A stretch of DNA of 64,000 nt from an uncultured bacterium (GTDB lineage: Bacteria > Babelota > Babeliae > Babelales > JABCYS01). Under the pieces are notes generated by a model. That model had not been told where the DNA came from and ran no database searches. It worked only from the letters and a program-made list of their open reading frames with translations. Every line of letters begins with the position of its first letter. Position 1 is the stretch's first letter. The stretch spans positions 192,001 through 256,000 of the forward strand of contig CAVPKK010000005.1 of NCBI GenBank assembly GCA_963705705.1, in the 5' to 3' direction. Positions 1-9,321 of this stretch are shown here, piece after piece. Made by a program: the position numbers and the translations under genes.

Positions 1-1
1 T

Positions 2-157
2 AATGTTGACGAATCTCGAGATCTTTCTATCCAATTCGGGGTCACCTCTATCCCTACCTTTGTTTTCATAAAAAATGGCCAAATCAAGGGAAAAGCTACC
101 GGTTATATGAGTAAACAGGATATTTTGGCCAGAATCCAAGAAGCCTTTGGCGCTTAA
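2..157 (+). CDS. Thioredoxin-family protein, C-terminal part (runs off window start)
   Basis: Manual translation from base 2: NVDESRDLSIQFGVTSIPTFVFIKNGQIKGKATGYMSKQDILARIQEAFGA*, with the thioredoxin cis-Pro motif SIPT; TAA at 155-157. Confidence 0.85.
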   Translation, partial: NVDESRDLSIQFGVTSIPTFVFIKNGQIKGKATGYMSKQDILARIQEAFGA

Positions 158-369
158 TGTAAACATTTCCTTAGCAACGATGGGCAGGTCTTTTTGCTAC
201 GATGGCAACCTGCCCATAATTGTGTCTAACCATAAAAGTGGCCCCAAACCCTTGCAAACTTAAAGCTTTACTTGATAGGATAGCCCATGAGTGAAAAAAA
301 CCTGGTGGCGGAATGGTTCTGCCACAAGCCATATGTACAACAATAACACTCAATAAAAAGGAGTTTGTG

Positions 370-936
370 ATGAACAAACAATTACTAGCGCTTGCTCTAT
401 TGCTAAGCGCATCTTGCACAGTGCAAGCATACCGCGAAGTTGTTGAAGGAAACGGCGAAGTGGTAGGAACCGAAAACGTACGTCGCGGCGGATATCGTCG
501 TGGTATGTGCGGTCGTTGCCACGAGCCAAGAGTCCATTGCCGTTGCCACACCGTTCGTGAACAAGTTTGCCAGCCTAAAATGAAGTGCTGCAAAGTTCCT
601 TGTGAAAAAGTTTGCCAACCTAGAATGAAGTGCTGCAAAGTACCTCGCGAAAAGGTTTGCCAACCAGTGATGAAGTGCTGCCGAGTTCCTCGTGAAAAAG
701 TTTGCGAAGAAAAGGTATGTACCGTCAGACAAGTACCATGCCCAGTTAAATGCAACCCTTGCCACAGAGGCGGGATGGTTGAAAGAGGCGCGGCCTTTGA
801 AGAACGCCCAATGATGAATCGTGAAGGCGTTGAAGAACGTCCAATGATGAATCGTCCAATGAATCGTCGTTATTCTCGCTATTCAACAACTCAAGTTGCT
901 GAACAAGCACCTGTTGCTCCAGTAGCTGCAGAGTAA
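370..936 (+). CDS. Secreted cysteine-rich repeat protein
   Basis: AAGGAG RBS before ATG 370; signal peptide MNKQLLALALLLSASCTVQA; about 20 Cys; 15-aa tandem repeats. Confidence 0.8.
   Translation: MNKQLLALALLLSASCTVQAYREVVEGNGEVVGTENVRRGGYRRGMCGRCHEPRVHCRCHTVREQVCQPKMKCCKVPCEKVCQPRMKCCKVPREKVCQPVMKCCRVPREKVCEEKVCTVRQVPCPVKCNPCHRGGMVERGAAFEERPMMNREGVEERPMMNRPMNRRYSRYSTTQVAEQAPVAPVAAE
556..705 (+). repeat. 45-bp tandem repeat x3.3 (REKVCQPxMKCCKVP)
   Basis: Units at 556-600, 601-645, 646-690 and a partial at 691-705, differing at synonymous sites and a few codons. Confidence 0.95.
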
Positions 937-1022
937 CTGTATCGACAGTTCAATTCAATTTTAGGGAATAATGGTAGGTACGGAATTTTAATAGCACTAT
1001 ACGATGCCTATCACCCTAGTTT

Positions 1023-1051
1023 AGGGCCGGAAATTTTCCGGCCCTTTTTTT
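1023..1051 (+). terminator. Rho-independent terminator
   Basis: agggccggaaa-t-tttccggccct followed by a T run. Confidence 0.85.
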
Positions 1052-1350
1052 ATTGGAGCGCGGCTTTATGCCGAAAATTATTAAAGTCTTGCAACCCAAA
1101 ACCTGTATTGGCTACGTTGATAGTAACCATTGCTGCGGATGTTCTGGCATTTGCCAGAAAACACCCCATTCGCAGCAATGGCCCGCCTACGCTGTTCTGG
1201 CTAGGTTTGCTTCGAGTATGAATGAATTTTTATTTGATACAGTTTAAATCTCAAGAAGATGAGCTTCGTCGGGCTTCGCCCTAGTAATTTCATTGTACGC
1301 TATCTTGCACAAGCAAAAGAACGGAGGCAGGAGGCGGTAGCCTCCTGATA

Positions 1351-2715
1351 TCAGCTCTTCTTATCCTGAATCTCAAAACCGAGTTCTCGCAACTGAGCCC
1401 GCAACTCATCCGCGCGTTTCCAGTCCCGCCCTTTTCGAGCCTCTTCTCGCTCATCAATAAGTCGTTGCATCTCCGGCGTAATTACTACCTCTTTTTCAGG
1501 CATAGCCGCAAGTGTAAAGCCCAATACATTACGCAAAAAGGTATATACCCTGCATCGTTCAAGCTCGTTTTGCTGAAGCTCATTAATATTGTCATACATT
1601 GCGCCCCACATGCCGGGGAAATTAAGATCATCGCATAAGAAACTAAGCATAAGTTGAACAGTTCTTGATTTATTAACTTCGGCAGCCTCAACCATCGAAG
1701 CCTGGGAGCATGAACTAAATACACGCAACAACCGCTCATATGCCTTTTGAATTTGACCAATATCCTCTAAAGAAAATTCCAATGGCCCATGCATTTGATG
1801 TTGCAGGTAATAGAATCGTACAACCATCGGATCAACTTTTTCAAAAAGCTGGTTCAAGGTAAAGAAATTACCCAGGGATTTAGACATTTTCTCTTTATTT
1901 ACCGTCACAAACGCCACGTGCATCCAATATCGTGCAAGTGCATGATGAAGTAAACCTTGTGTTTGCGCGATTTCATTTTCATGATGCGGAAAAATTAAAT
2001 CCATGCCGCCACCATGGATATCGATTGGCGATTTCAAATATTTCTCAATCATGGCCGAACATTCAATATGCCAACCCGGCCGCCCCCAACTTTCTTCATA
2101 GCCAGGCCAGCGAACAGACCAAAAGGTTCCCGGTTCGCTATGCTTCCACAGAGCAAAATCCAGAGGATTCTTCTTGTGGGGATTAATTTCTACGCGTGCC
2201 CCGGCTATCAGATCTGATAGCTTGCGATGCGATAATATGCCATATGAAGGATCGGCATTAATATCAAAATATACATCACCATCGGCAGTTACATACGCAC
2301 TTTTTTCTTTAATAAGCCCCTCAATAAACCAAATTATCTCGGGCATAGTTTGCGTCACCCGTGGCTCATCGGTTGGTTTAAGGCAGTTAAGTGACTGCAT
2401 ATTTTGTTCAAACATTGCAATGTAGCGATTGGCGATTTCTAAGTAGCGCATCTGGTCGCCAAACTCTTCCTGCGCTTTTTTCAGAAGCTTGTCATCGATA
2501 TCGGTAAAATTGCGGGCATATAGAACCTTATAGCCAAGAAATTCAAGCAGGCGATATACAACATCGAAAAGCACGTACACACGACCGTGGCCCATATGAG
2601 GCGCATCATACGGGGTAATGCCACATACATACATGGTGGTACGGTTAGGATCTTTGGGTGTAAATAGCTCTTTTTTGCGCGTAAGTGTTGAAGTGATAAA
2701 TAAATTTTGATGCAT
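1351..2715 (-). CDS. cysS: Cysteine--tRNA ligase
   Basis: CGITPYDAPHMGH, GRPGWHIECSAM, DIHGGGMDLIFPHHENE and KMSKSLGN motifs. Confidence 0.98.
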   Translation of the reverse strand: MHQNLFITSTLTRKKELFTPKDPNRTTMYVCGITPYDAPHMGHGRVYVLFDVVYRLLEFLGYKVLYARNFTDIDDKLLKKAQEEFGDQMRYLEIANRYIAMFEQNMQSLNCLKPTDEPRVTQTMPEIIWFIEGLIKEKSAYVTADGDVYFDINADPSYGILSHRKLSDLIAGARVEINPHKKNPLDFALWKHSEPGTFWSVRWPGYEESWGRPGWHIECSAMIEKYLKSPIDIHGGGMDLIFPHHENEIAQTQGLLHHALARYWMHVAFVTVNKEKMSKSLGNFFTLNQLFEKVDPMVVRFYYLQHQMHGPLEFSLEDIGQIQKAYERLLRVFSSCSQASMVEAAEVNKSRTVQLMLSFLCDDLNFPGMWGAMYDNINELQQNELERCRVYTFLRNVLGFTLAAMPEKEVVITPEMQRLIDEREEARKGRDWKRADELRAQLRELGFEIQDKKS

Positions 2716-2822
2716 TGGGTTGTCCTTTTAAAATCAAGGATCCAAGCTTAATTGAATTTAAAAAGAAAAGGGACCCTTATCAAGATCCAGTTGACGTGTT
2801 ACATCGTAAATTGACTAGGAAT

Positions 2823-2857
2823 CCGCTCATCCTGAGTTGATCGAAGGATCAAAGCGG
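2823..2857 (+). repeat. Palindromic REP-like element family A (CCTGAG-loop-CGAAGG), intergenic
   Basis: ccgctcatcctgagttgatcgaaggatcaaagcgg; recurs elsewhere in the window. Confidence 0.9.
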
Positions 2858-2907
2858 AAAGAAGATTTGTGTCGCCTAGCTCTTGAATAATGTACTTCCT
2901 TTAAATT

Positions 2908-4983
2908 TTACCTGCGCCAATTGCCGAAATCTACGCCTTCTTCCGCTAAAATTTCAGCAGCAACATTGGTAGTGGTAAAACCTTGTTCAATTTTATACGG
3001 TCGATACAACACACCATGATCTTGCTTGATGATTTCCATCTTATAGTTTTTGTATAGTCCTTTTGTTTCATCTTCTAATTTTACCAGTTCCGGCTTATGC
3101 GTTGACTGAATAACCATCACGTTTGGATACTCCGCTAGCCACATTGAACAATCTCGTGCAAGGATTGCAGCCTGTTGTTCACTGGTTGAGCGAAACACTT
3201 CATCCATTACAACCAAGCAAAATTCGTCATAGTTAAGTTGTCGAACAAGCTTTTGCATGTCTCGCATTTGATTAACTTCTGCCTTGTATAATGAAACGCC
3301 TTTGGCGGTATCATCGCGCACAATGATATGGGTAAATATGGATTTAAATGGCGTCATCACCATTGCCTGGGCCGGAGCAATACCAAAAGCTTGCCCCAAC
3401 AAGGTGCAATGCAAAAGTGCCCGAAGTGCCGTTGATTTACCAGCAGTATTTTGGCCAGTAAGCACCATGTTTCGATTGCTTCCGGTGCGGCCTAATTCAA
3501 TAGTATTTGGTATGGCATGCTTCGGATCAACCTGGGGATTCCAGAAATTAGTTGCATTAATATATGGCGTATCTTGCTGAGAAAATTCTACAAAGCAGTA
3601 TGGCGTTTTGGTGCCCTCAAACTCTTTATATAACTTTGCTACAGAAACATAAGCATCAAGTGTGCCGAGCGCCTCAAGAGCGTTGCGCCATTCATATTTA
3701 ATCTCTTGCATTAATTGATGTGCTACTAGTACACGACCGTGGTATGACCAAAATGATGGTTGCCCTTTAAAGGTATCGGTGTCCAGCAAGCTTTGAAGTT
3801 CTTGCGCTTTCTTTGATGAGCCGGCCAAAAAATGCTTAATTGCTTCAAGTTCGGGCACTGCTTTACGCAGGGCAGGAACTTTTGCACAGCGGGCATAGCA
3901 ATCTTGTAAGCTACGCATTGCCGCGCTTGTAAATAGAAGTTTTGATTGTAGATACTGGGTGCAATCATGATATTTGGCTAATTCTTTATATCCTTGTCTT
4001 CCCATCACGGTCCACAAGGCTAATGAAATAGCCAAAACTACTATGGCGGTCGCTTTTTTTGGAACAGGATCAAAAAGTGCAAAATTGTCAGAATTATTTC
4101 GTAGAAGAGTAGAAAGGCATGAGTAAACAGAAACCAAAGGGAAGCAAAGGTTTCGTGCAAATGCAGCTGGTTCGCCTGGAGCACCGGCGAATTCGACAAA
4201 TTTCCCGGCAAGGGAGTATATAATTGCAGAAATTGGCTCAAGCCCACTGACATAGCCGGCATTAAGAAGATTGTGAATCCTGTTGCCTACTTCTAAGAAC
4301 ACTGGGCTTTCATTTTTCCAGCTTTTCTCACGCTGGAGAACAGGCGTAAAATTCCAGAGGTTGGTATTTTCAAGATAATAGAGAGAGTCGAAATGTTTTT
4401 CGAAAATCGGATCTTCTGTTTGGTAATTTTTAAGAAAAACATCTTCAGTACGCGCAAATATTTTCAATGACCTATCAAGTTTCTCAAACAACTCACTATT
4501 GTTAATCAGTTCTTTAATAGCAGCCTGTGCAATAGTGGGATCACTCTTGCGATCAGCTACGAGCATTTTTGCCAAAACGGCTTCGCCAATAGCGCTATTG
4601 GTGCGATTAATTGCTTGCGCCAAATTAGCGTTTTCAAACAATTCCATATCAAGCCAGCTATGCCGGCTAAGCAGTGGACTGACAACGTTTTTATCGTTGT
4701 ATGCAAGAACATCAAAAGCGATGTTTTTCTTTTGCTCTATGGTAAGCGGTTTAATGGTAAGATCAGGCTTCTCCTCCGTCTTGCTTTTGGTTTCCACTGG
4801 TTGCTTGGCAGTTTCATCCTCGGCAACGATGCCAATAGCAGGCAAATAGAGTTCCTTAATTTGAGCATACAAAGGATTCGGCTTTACAGCTTTTATTGCA
4901 GGCGCGGCCTCAACAAAAACTGGTTGCACCATCAGGCCAATGGTAACAATAATCACGAGCATTCTGCGGATCTGGCGGTGCAT
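2908..4983 (-). CDS. MutS domain-V-like ATPase with N-terminal signal peptide and central hydrophobic segments (paralog 2)
   Basis: Start moved to MHRQIRR (RBS upstream; a terminator lies in the longer ORF-track extension); LTGQNTAGKST, SLYKAE, VMDEVFRST and STH motifs. Confidence 0.85.
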   Translation of the reverse strand: MHRQIRRMLVIIVTIGLMVQPVFVEAAPAIKAVKPNPLYAQIKELYLPAIGIVAEDETAKQPVETKSKTEEKPDLTIKPLTIEQKKNIAFDVLAYNDKNVVSPLLSRHSWLDMELFENANLAQAINRTNSAIGEAVLAKMLVADRKSDPTIAQAAIKELINNSELFEKLDRSLKIFARTEDVFLKNYQTEDPIFEKHFDSLYYLENTNLWNFTPVLQREKSWKNESPVFLEVGNRIHNLLNAGYVSGLEPISAIIYSLAGKFVEFAGAPGEPAAFARNLCFPLVSVYSCLSTLLRNNSDNFALFDPVPKKATAIVVLAISLALWTVMGRQGYKELAKYHDCTQYLQSKLLFTSAAMRSLQDCYARCAKVPALRKAVPELEAIKHFLAGSSKKAQELQSLLDTDTFKGQPSFWSYHGRVLVAHQLMQEIKYEWRNALEALGTLDAYVSVAKLYKEFEGTKTPYCFVEFSQQDTPYINATNFWNPQVDPKHAIPNTIELGRTGSNRNMVLTGQNTAGKSTALRALLHCTLLGQAFGIAPAQAMVMTPFKSIFTHIIVRDDTAKGVSLYKAEVNQMRDMQKLVRQLNYDEFCLVVMDEVFRSTSEQQAAILARDCSMWLAEYPNVMVIQSTHKPELVKLEDETKGLYKNYKMEIIKQDHGVLYRPYKIEQGFTTTNVAAEILAEEGVDFGNWRR

Positions 4984-5002
4984 AATTAATCCTTTGTTGT
5001 TT

Positions 5003-5039
5003 AAAAAGAGGGACCCTGGTTTGTGCCAAGGTCCCTCTT
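5003..5039 (-). terminator. Rho-independent terminator between the MutS-like paralogs
   Basis: aagagggacc...ggtccctctt stem, followed by T5 on the minus strand. Confidence 0.8.
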
Positions 5040-5062
5040 GATATTTAGATGACAATGATTTC

Positions 5063-7360
5063 TTAGCTATTAAACAAGGTAATACCCTGTTCTGCCAAGA
5101 TTTCTTCGGCAACGTTTGCGGTTGTCCAACCAGCTTCGATCTTGTGTGGTCGAACAAGCTTGCCGTCGACCTTGAGAATTTCCATCTTATAGTTCTTGTA
5201 CACACCATTTGTTTCATCCTCAAGCTTAATAAGCTCAGGGAAGTGTGTAGAAGAAATAACCATTACATCATTGTAATTGGCGAGACCAAGGAAATACTTG
5301 CGTGCTAATGGCACTGCAGTCTGTGGGCCAGTGGTATGGAATATTTCATCGATGACCACAAAGCAACGCTCACCCGGCTGCAAGGACAAGATAGCCTTTT
5401 GTATCTCATCAATGTTAATAACTTCCGCCTTAAAGTGTGAAATACCATGCTCAACATCATCGGAAATGTTGATGTGGGTACGAATCAACTTAAATGGCGT
5501 GAGATCCATAGATTCAGCAGGTGCAACACCAAACACATGGGCAAGTAACACACCTTGTAGTAATGAACGTAAGGTCGTTGATTTACCGGCTGTGTTTTGA
5601 CCCGTTAAGATCATATTGCGGTTCGCGCCCTGGGCACCAAGCTCTACCGTGTTGGCTACCGGCTTCTTCATGGTAACCAATGGGTTCCAGAAGTTGACTG
5701 CCTTAAGGTGTGGCTGCGCTTCAGTAGTTAAATTCACAAAGCAGTATTTATTGTCTTGGGTTTCGTATTCTTTAACCAACTTAGCCATCGAAGCAATAGC
5801 ATCGATGGTACCAAGCGCTTCTAATGCATCGCGAAGTTCATATCGAACTTCTTGCATTAATTTATGCGCCGCCAACACACGACCATGCAATGAAAGTAAC
5901 GTTGCAGAATTGGTAAAGGTATCTGTGTTTAATAATCGAATTAGCTCATCAAGCTTCTGGTTGCCCGATCCGCCGCCGATTAATTTATGCAGTTTCTTAA
6001 GCTCGTTTGGCATAGCTGACCGTAATGCCGCACTGTGCGTAATAGTTTCGCGTAAGTGATCCATTGCTCGTACTGCTGCGCCAAGTGGGATGAGTTTTCC
6101 TTGCAGATATTTGAGTGCATCAAATTGATATTTGAATGCGCCGTATCCGCTTGACGCCAGACTTGCCCATATCAATCCAGCAATCCCCATATAAAAGAAC
6201 ATGCCGTATTGTATTCCTCGTTTTAAGGTCATTCTCTCCTTTAACAAATGAGGATCATCTGTAGGCCCGGCACTATCTATTCCCTTAATACCCGCGTCCC
6301 GTGCCCAATTTAGGAGATATAAATCATATGGAACAAAGCAAAATCTAAGAGCTTGATATGAGCTTCCATTGGCTGCTTGATTATGCATCTCTTCTGCTGG
6401 AGCAAAAGGCAATCTAGCGATGCCAGCATTAATTGCTCGTGCCTCTGAATCGTCGGGATTAGATAGATCCTTAAGGTTCATCAATCTCGTCAACAACTGA
6501 AAGAAAACTGTACCCCGCGCTAATTTGTCACCGTGAGGCGTATTACGGAGGAGGCCTTTTTTTAGAGCTGTTATAGCAGCAATCACTGGTAAGATAACCA
6601 TAGTCAATGATGAACCTGCCAAGGCCATTGTATTTGCAAGATTATCCCAGCGCGTTTTGGCTTCTAGAAGCATTGGATTTTCATTTGAAAGAATTTTGCT
6701 TGTCCATTTACCAAAATAGAGCTTTGCAAAATATTCTTCGTATGCTGGATCTTCTTCTTTAAAATTTGATAAATAAATTTCTTCAGATTTGCCAGCAACC
6801 ATTAACATAGTGTCAATTTGTTTGAGTTCAGCTTCGTTAGCAACCAATTCCTTAATAGCTGCTTGTCGTGCCAAGGCAACGTTAGCATCGCCACCGGTTA
6901 CGAGCATTTTACCTAAAACCGCTTCACCGAATGAAGTGTGTGTACGGTTAATGGTCCGTAAAAGGTTTGCTTGCTTGAACAACTCAAGATCTTCCCAGCT
7001 GTGTTCAGAAAGGAAACCAGATGGCTGGGTATGATCGCGTGAGGCCAATAGATCAAAGGCCATGGTTTTCTTTTCAGCCTCAGTCATCGGTTGGATGGTG
7101 AGGTCTAACTTTTGTTCTTTTTTTCCCCAAGAGAACCATGATGATGATGCCGGTTCTGCATTTTGATTTGCATTTGGCATAGCTTCATCAGCAAGCATAC
7201 CGATAGCAGGTAGGTAAATAGATTTAATGGTTGTGTAAAGTGAGGCTGCTGATTGCGCAGCAGCGGGTTGCTTTATACCATCTGCTGTAACTGCCATAAC
7301 TGGATTGGCCAGCACCAAACTAAAGAGTAATAAACTTATTGTACGCTTAACCGAATGCAT
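5063..7360 (-). CDS. MutS domain-V-like ATPase with signal peptide and central hydrophobic segments (paralog 1)
   Basis: GGAG RBS before MHSVK; LTGQNTAGKST, SHFKAE, IDEIFHTT, STHF; homologous to 2908-4983 outside the central region. Confidence 0.87.
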   Translation of the reverse strand: MHSVKRTISLLLFSLVLANPVMAVTADGIKQPAAAQSAASLYTTIKSIYLPAIGMLADEAMPNANQNAEPASSSWFSWGKKEQKLDLTIQPMTEAEKKTMAFDLLASRDHTQPSGFLSEHSWEDLELFKQANLLRTINRTHTSFGEAVLGKMLVTGGDANVALARQAAIKELVANEAELKQIDTMLMVAGKSEEIYLSNFKEEDPAYEEYFAKLYFGKWTSKILSNENPMLLEAKTRWDNLANTMALAGSSLTMVILPVIAAITALKKGLLRNTPHGDKLARGTVFFQLLTRLMNLKDLSNPDDSEARAINAGIARLPFAPAEEMHNQAANGSSYQALRFCFVPYDLYLLNWARDAGIKGIDSAGPTDDPHLLKERMTLKRGIQYGMFFYMGIAGLIWASLASSGYGAFKYQFDALKYLQGKLIPLGAAVRAMDHLRETITHSAALRSAMPNELKKLHKLIGGGSGNQKLDELIRLLNTDTFTNSATLLSLHGRVLAAHKLMQEVRYELRDALEALGTIDAIASMAKLVKEYETQDNKYCFVNLTTEAQPHLKAVNFWNPLVTMKKPVANTVELGAQGANRNMILTGQNTAGKSTTLRSLLQGVLLAHVFGVAPAESMDLTPFKLIRTHINISDDVEHGISHFKAEVINIDEIQKAILSLQPGERCFVVIDEIFHTTGPQTAVPLARKYFLGLANYNDVMVISSTHFPELIKLEDETNGVYKNYKMEILKVDGKLVRPHKIEAGWTTANVAEEILAEQGITLFNS

Positions 7361-7489
7361 ATCATTCTCCATAATGCAAAATTGGGTTTAAAGTAAGGCC
7401 CATTAGTCTGCTTGAAGCCACACTGGAATGCAACCGGAAAAGGCTAAAATAAAAATTTGTGATTCTATTTGAACTTTCAGACGGGATAA

Positions 7490-8161
7490 TCAACACGAAG
7501 GGGGCAATGTCATTTTTATCGGCTTTGCCAAAGGCAGCGTCTTACCACGGCGTTGGCCATAGATAAAGGTCTGATGATGCTTATCCAAGAGGGGGTAAAT
7601 TGTCGCATAGTAATTATTAAGGGCTTGTTTCCAAGCGCATCGATCTATAGGCGCAGGTTTTTTTGACTGTTCTATATCTGACAGGTCTTCCTCTTGGCCA
7701 TTTGGTTCTTCTTTTATGATTACGGCATTTGAGGCTGCTTCAGTTTCAGGGCCATCTGATTTCTTGCTAGCTAGGTTTTTCTTTCTGCGTGCCAAGGTTG
7801 CAGCCAACTGAAGCTTTTTTTGCTGTTCCATTTTTAGCGTATCACTATGTGCTTGCATATAGGCATTTTTGAATACCTTTATAAGAGCCAGGCGAAAATT
7901 GTTAGGAACCTTATTTTCAACACCATTAATAGTAGAAACGCTTTTAATGGTAGCCGAGACACTATCTTGTAAATGCTTCTGCGCATCATCAGGCCTCGCC
8001 TGCATTAAATAGGCGATGAAGGCGGCAAGGGCATTGAGATATTGTTGGCCCAGGTTTTTATCAAGGAAATATTGCTTTTGCCACGTCTTAATATGAGCAG
8101 GATCGCTTGGTTGCAATGGTGCGCAGGCGACGGCGATGATGAGTAAATATCTTTTATACAT
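7490..8161 (-). CDS. Hypothetical secreted protein
   Basis: GGAGG RBS, signal-peptide-like N-terminus, no recognised motif. Confidence 0.7.
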   Translation of the reverse strand: MYKRYLLIIAVACAPLQPSDPAHIKTWQKQYFLDKNLGQQYLNALAAFIAYLMQARPDDAQKHLQDSVSATIKSVSTINGVENKVPNNFRLALIKVFKNAYMQAHSDTLKMEQQKKLQLAATLARRKKNLASKKSDGPETEAASNAVIIKEEPNGQEEDLSDIEQSKKPAPIDRCAWKQALNNYYATIYPLLDKHHQTFIYGQRRGKTLPLAKPIKMTLPPSC

Positions 8162-8170
8162 ACCTGCCTC

Positions 8171-8443
8171 CTATGCGCGCAATAGTGCTTTTTTTACCAA
8201 CACATAAAGCGCACCCGCCAATGCCCCTATAAAAAAACCGAGACCAAAATGAAATGGCAGTCCACGCATATATATTTTAAGCGAGACATGCGGGGGTAAT
8301 TTCGGTAAAAATTGTTGGTGCTGTTGTGCAAAGGTTTTAAAAACTGCCGCCTCAGGCCACCAATTAAGAAAGGCCGAAGCAATAGTATAAAGGGTGCTCA
8401 AAGCAATGCCGCCAACTAAACCAAAAGTAACAACAATGCTCAT
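8171..8443 (-). CDS. Small two-TM membrane protein (possibly DUF5676-like)
   Basis: Two hydrophobic segments; WxPE..F....H and HF.xGF patterns shared with the neighbour. Confidence 0.65.
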   Translation of the reverse strand: MSIVVTFGLVGGIALSTLYTIASAFLNWWPEAAVFKTFAQQHQQFLPKLPPHVSLKIYMRGLPFHFGLGFFIGALAGALYVLVKKALLRA

Positions 8444-8460
8444 AACACCCTTTTAACTGG

Positions 8461-8733
8461 TTAACGCATGCCGTACATGCCAAATAATATCTCGTAGATA
8501 TAACCGGTCACCATTACAAAAATAAAACCAAAGGCAAAATGAACGATTAGTCCGGTGATAACATGATTTAGCGTAACCTTTGTCTTAAATGTCGGTCCTT
8601 CCGAGAGATGATGGATCCTGGCTACGAAATTAATAAATTGTTCTGGCCTCCAAGCCATCATCAATGAAAAAATGAGATGGAAAAATGCAAAGCTTGCTCC
8701 AATGGTTATCGCAAGCATCATAATTTGGCTCAT
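8461..8733 (-). CDS. Small two-TM membrane protein, paralog of 8171-8443
   Basis: Same length (90 aa) and pattern; AAGGA RBS. Confidence 0.65.
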   Translation of the reverse strand: MSQIMMLAITIGASFAFFHLIFSLMMAWRPEQFINFVARIHHLSEGPTFKTKVTLNHVITGLIVHFAFGFIFVMVTGYIYEILFGMYGMR

Positions 8734-8818
8734 AAGATCCTTATTTTTGTTACGGGCCTATCACTATAAAACTACCGTAGCAAAACTGTGCGTTGAAACG
8801 CAATGATGGGACAAAAAA

Positions 8819-9319
8819 TTAGATCTTTAAGGCGTCAATACTTGGTTTAAGCTTTCTAAAAATTTCATGCAAATCAAAAGAGATTGGCTTTGTATCCGCT
8901 AACGTGGCCAGAAAATTTGTGTCGCCCATCCATCGGGGAAGAATGTGGAGATGTAAATGGCCGGGAATGCTACCGCCTGCTGGTTTACCCATATTTAAAC
9001 CAACGTTAATACCTTCGCAATGCAAAATTTCTCGCATTGCCGGAATAATGGACGATGTGATATGAATAAGCTCAATGCGCGCATCAGGAGTTAAGTCATG
9101 AAGATCGCGGACATGCGCATAGGGAATTACCATGAGATGACCGGCATTGTATGGAAAGCGATTTAAGATAATAGCGTGATGCTCAAACCGCCGGATTATT
9201 AAATTTTTCTCATCCTGATTTTGATCAAATTGTAAGCAAAATACGCAGCCATCTTCGGCTGTTTGGCCATCATTTATGCGGGCATAATTTGAGCGCCATG
9301 GGGCGTATAATTGTTTCAT
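8819..9319 (-). CDS. HIT-family nucleotide hydrolase
   Basis: YAPWR, CVFC, PYNAGHLMV and HLHLHILPRW histidine triad. Confidence 0.95.
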   Translation of the reverse strand: MKQLYAPWRSNYARINDGQTAEDGCVFCLQFDQNQDEKNLIIRRFEHHAIILNRFPYNAGHLMVIPYAHVRDLHDLTPDARIELIHITSSIIPAMREILHCEGINVGLNMGKPAGGSIPGHLHLHILPRWMGDTNFLATLADTKPISFDLHEIFRKLKPSIDALKI

Positions 9320-9321
9320 CT

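Noticed and set aside
180..325. Riboswitch upstream of the Cys-rich gene (hairpins at 180-217 and 305-325)
   Set aside because: No aptamer consensus that I recognise; the first stem may simply end the thioredoxin transcript.
171..765. Antisense ORFs 171-755 and 403-765 with repeats
   Set aside because: They are shadows of the repeat-containing plus-strand gene, which has the RBS, signal peptide and terminator. The same reasoning applies to the many short ORFs nested in longer genes.
4984..5223. ORF-track N-terminal extension of MutS-like paralog 2
   Set aside because: It overlaps the upstream gene and a terminator; RBS and signal peptide support ATG 4983.
2908..7360. Calling the pair canonical mutS or mutS2
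   Set aside because: No recognisable mismatch-recognition or Smr domain; signal peptides and hydrophobic segments are present.
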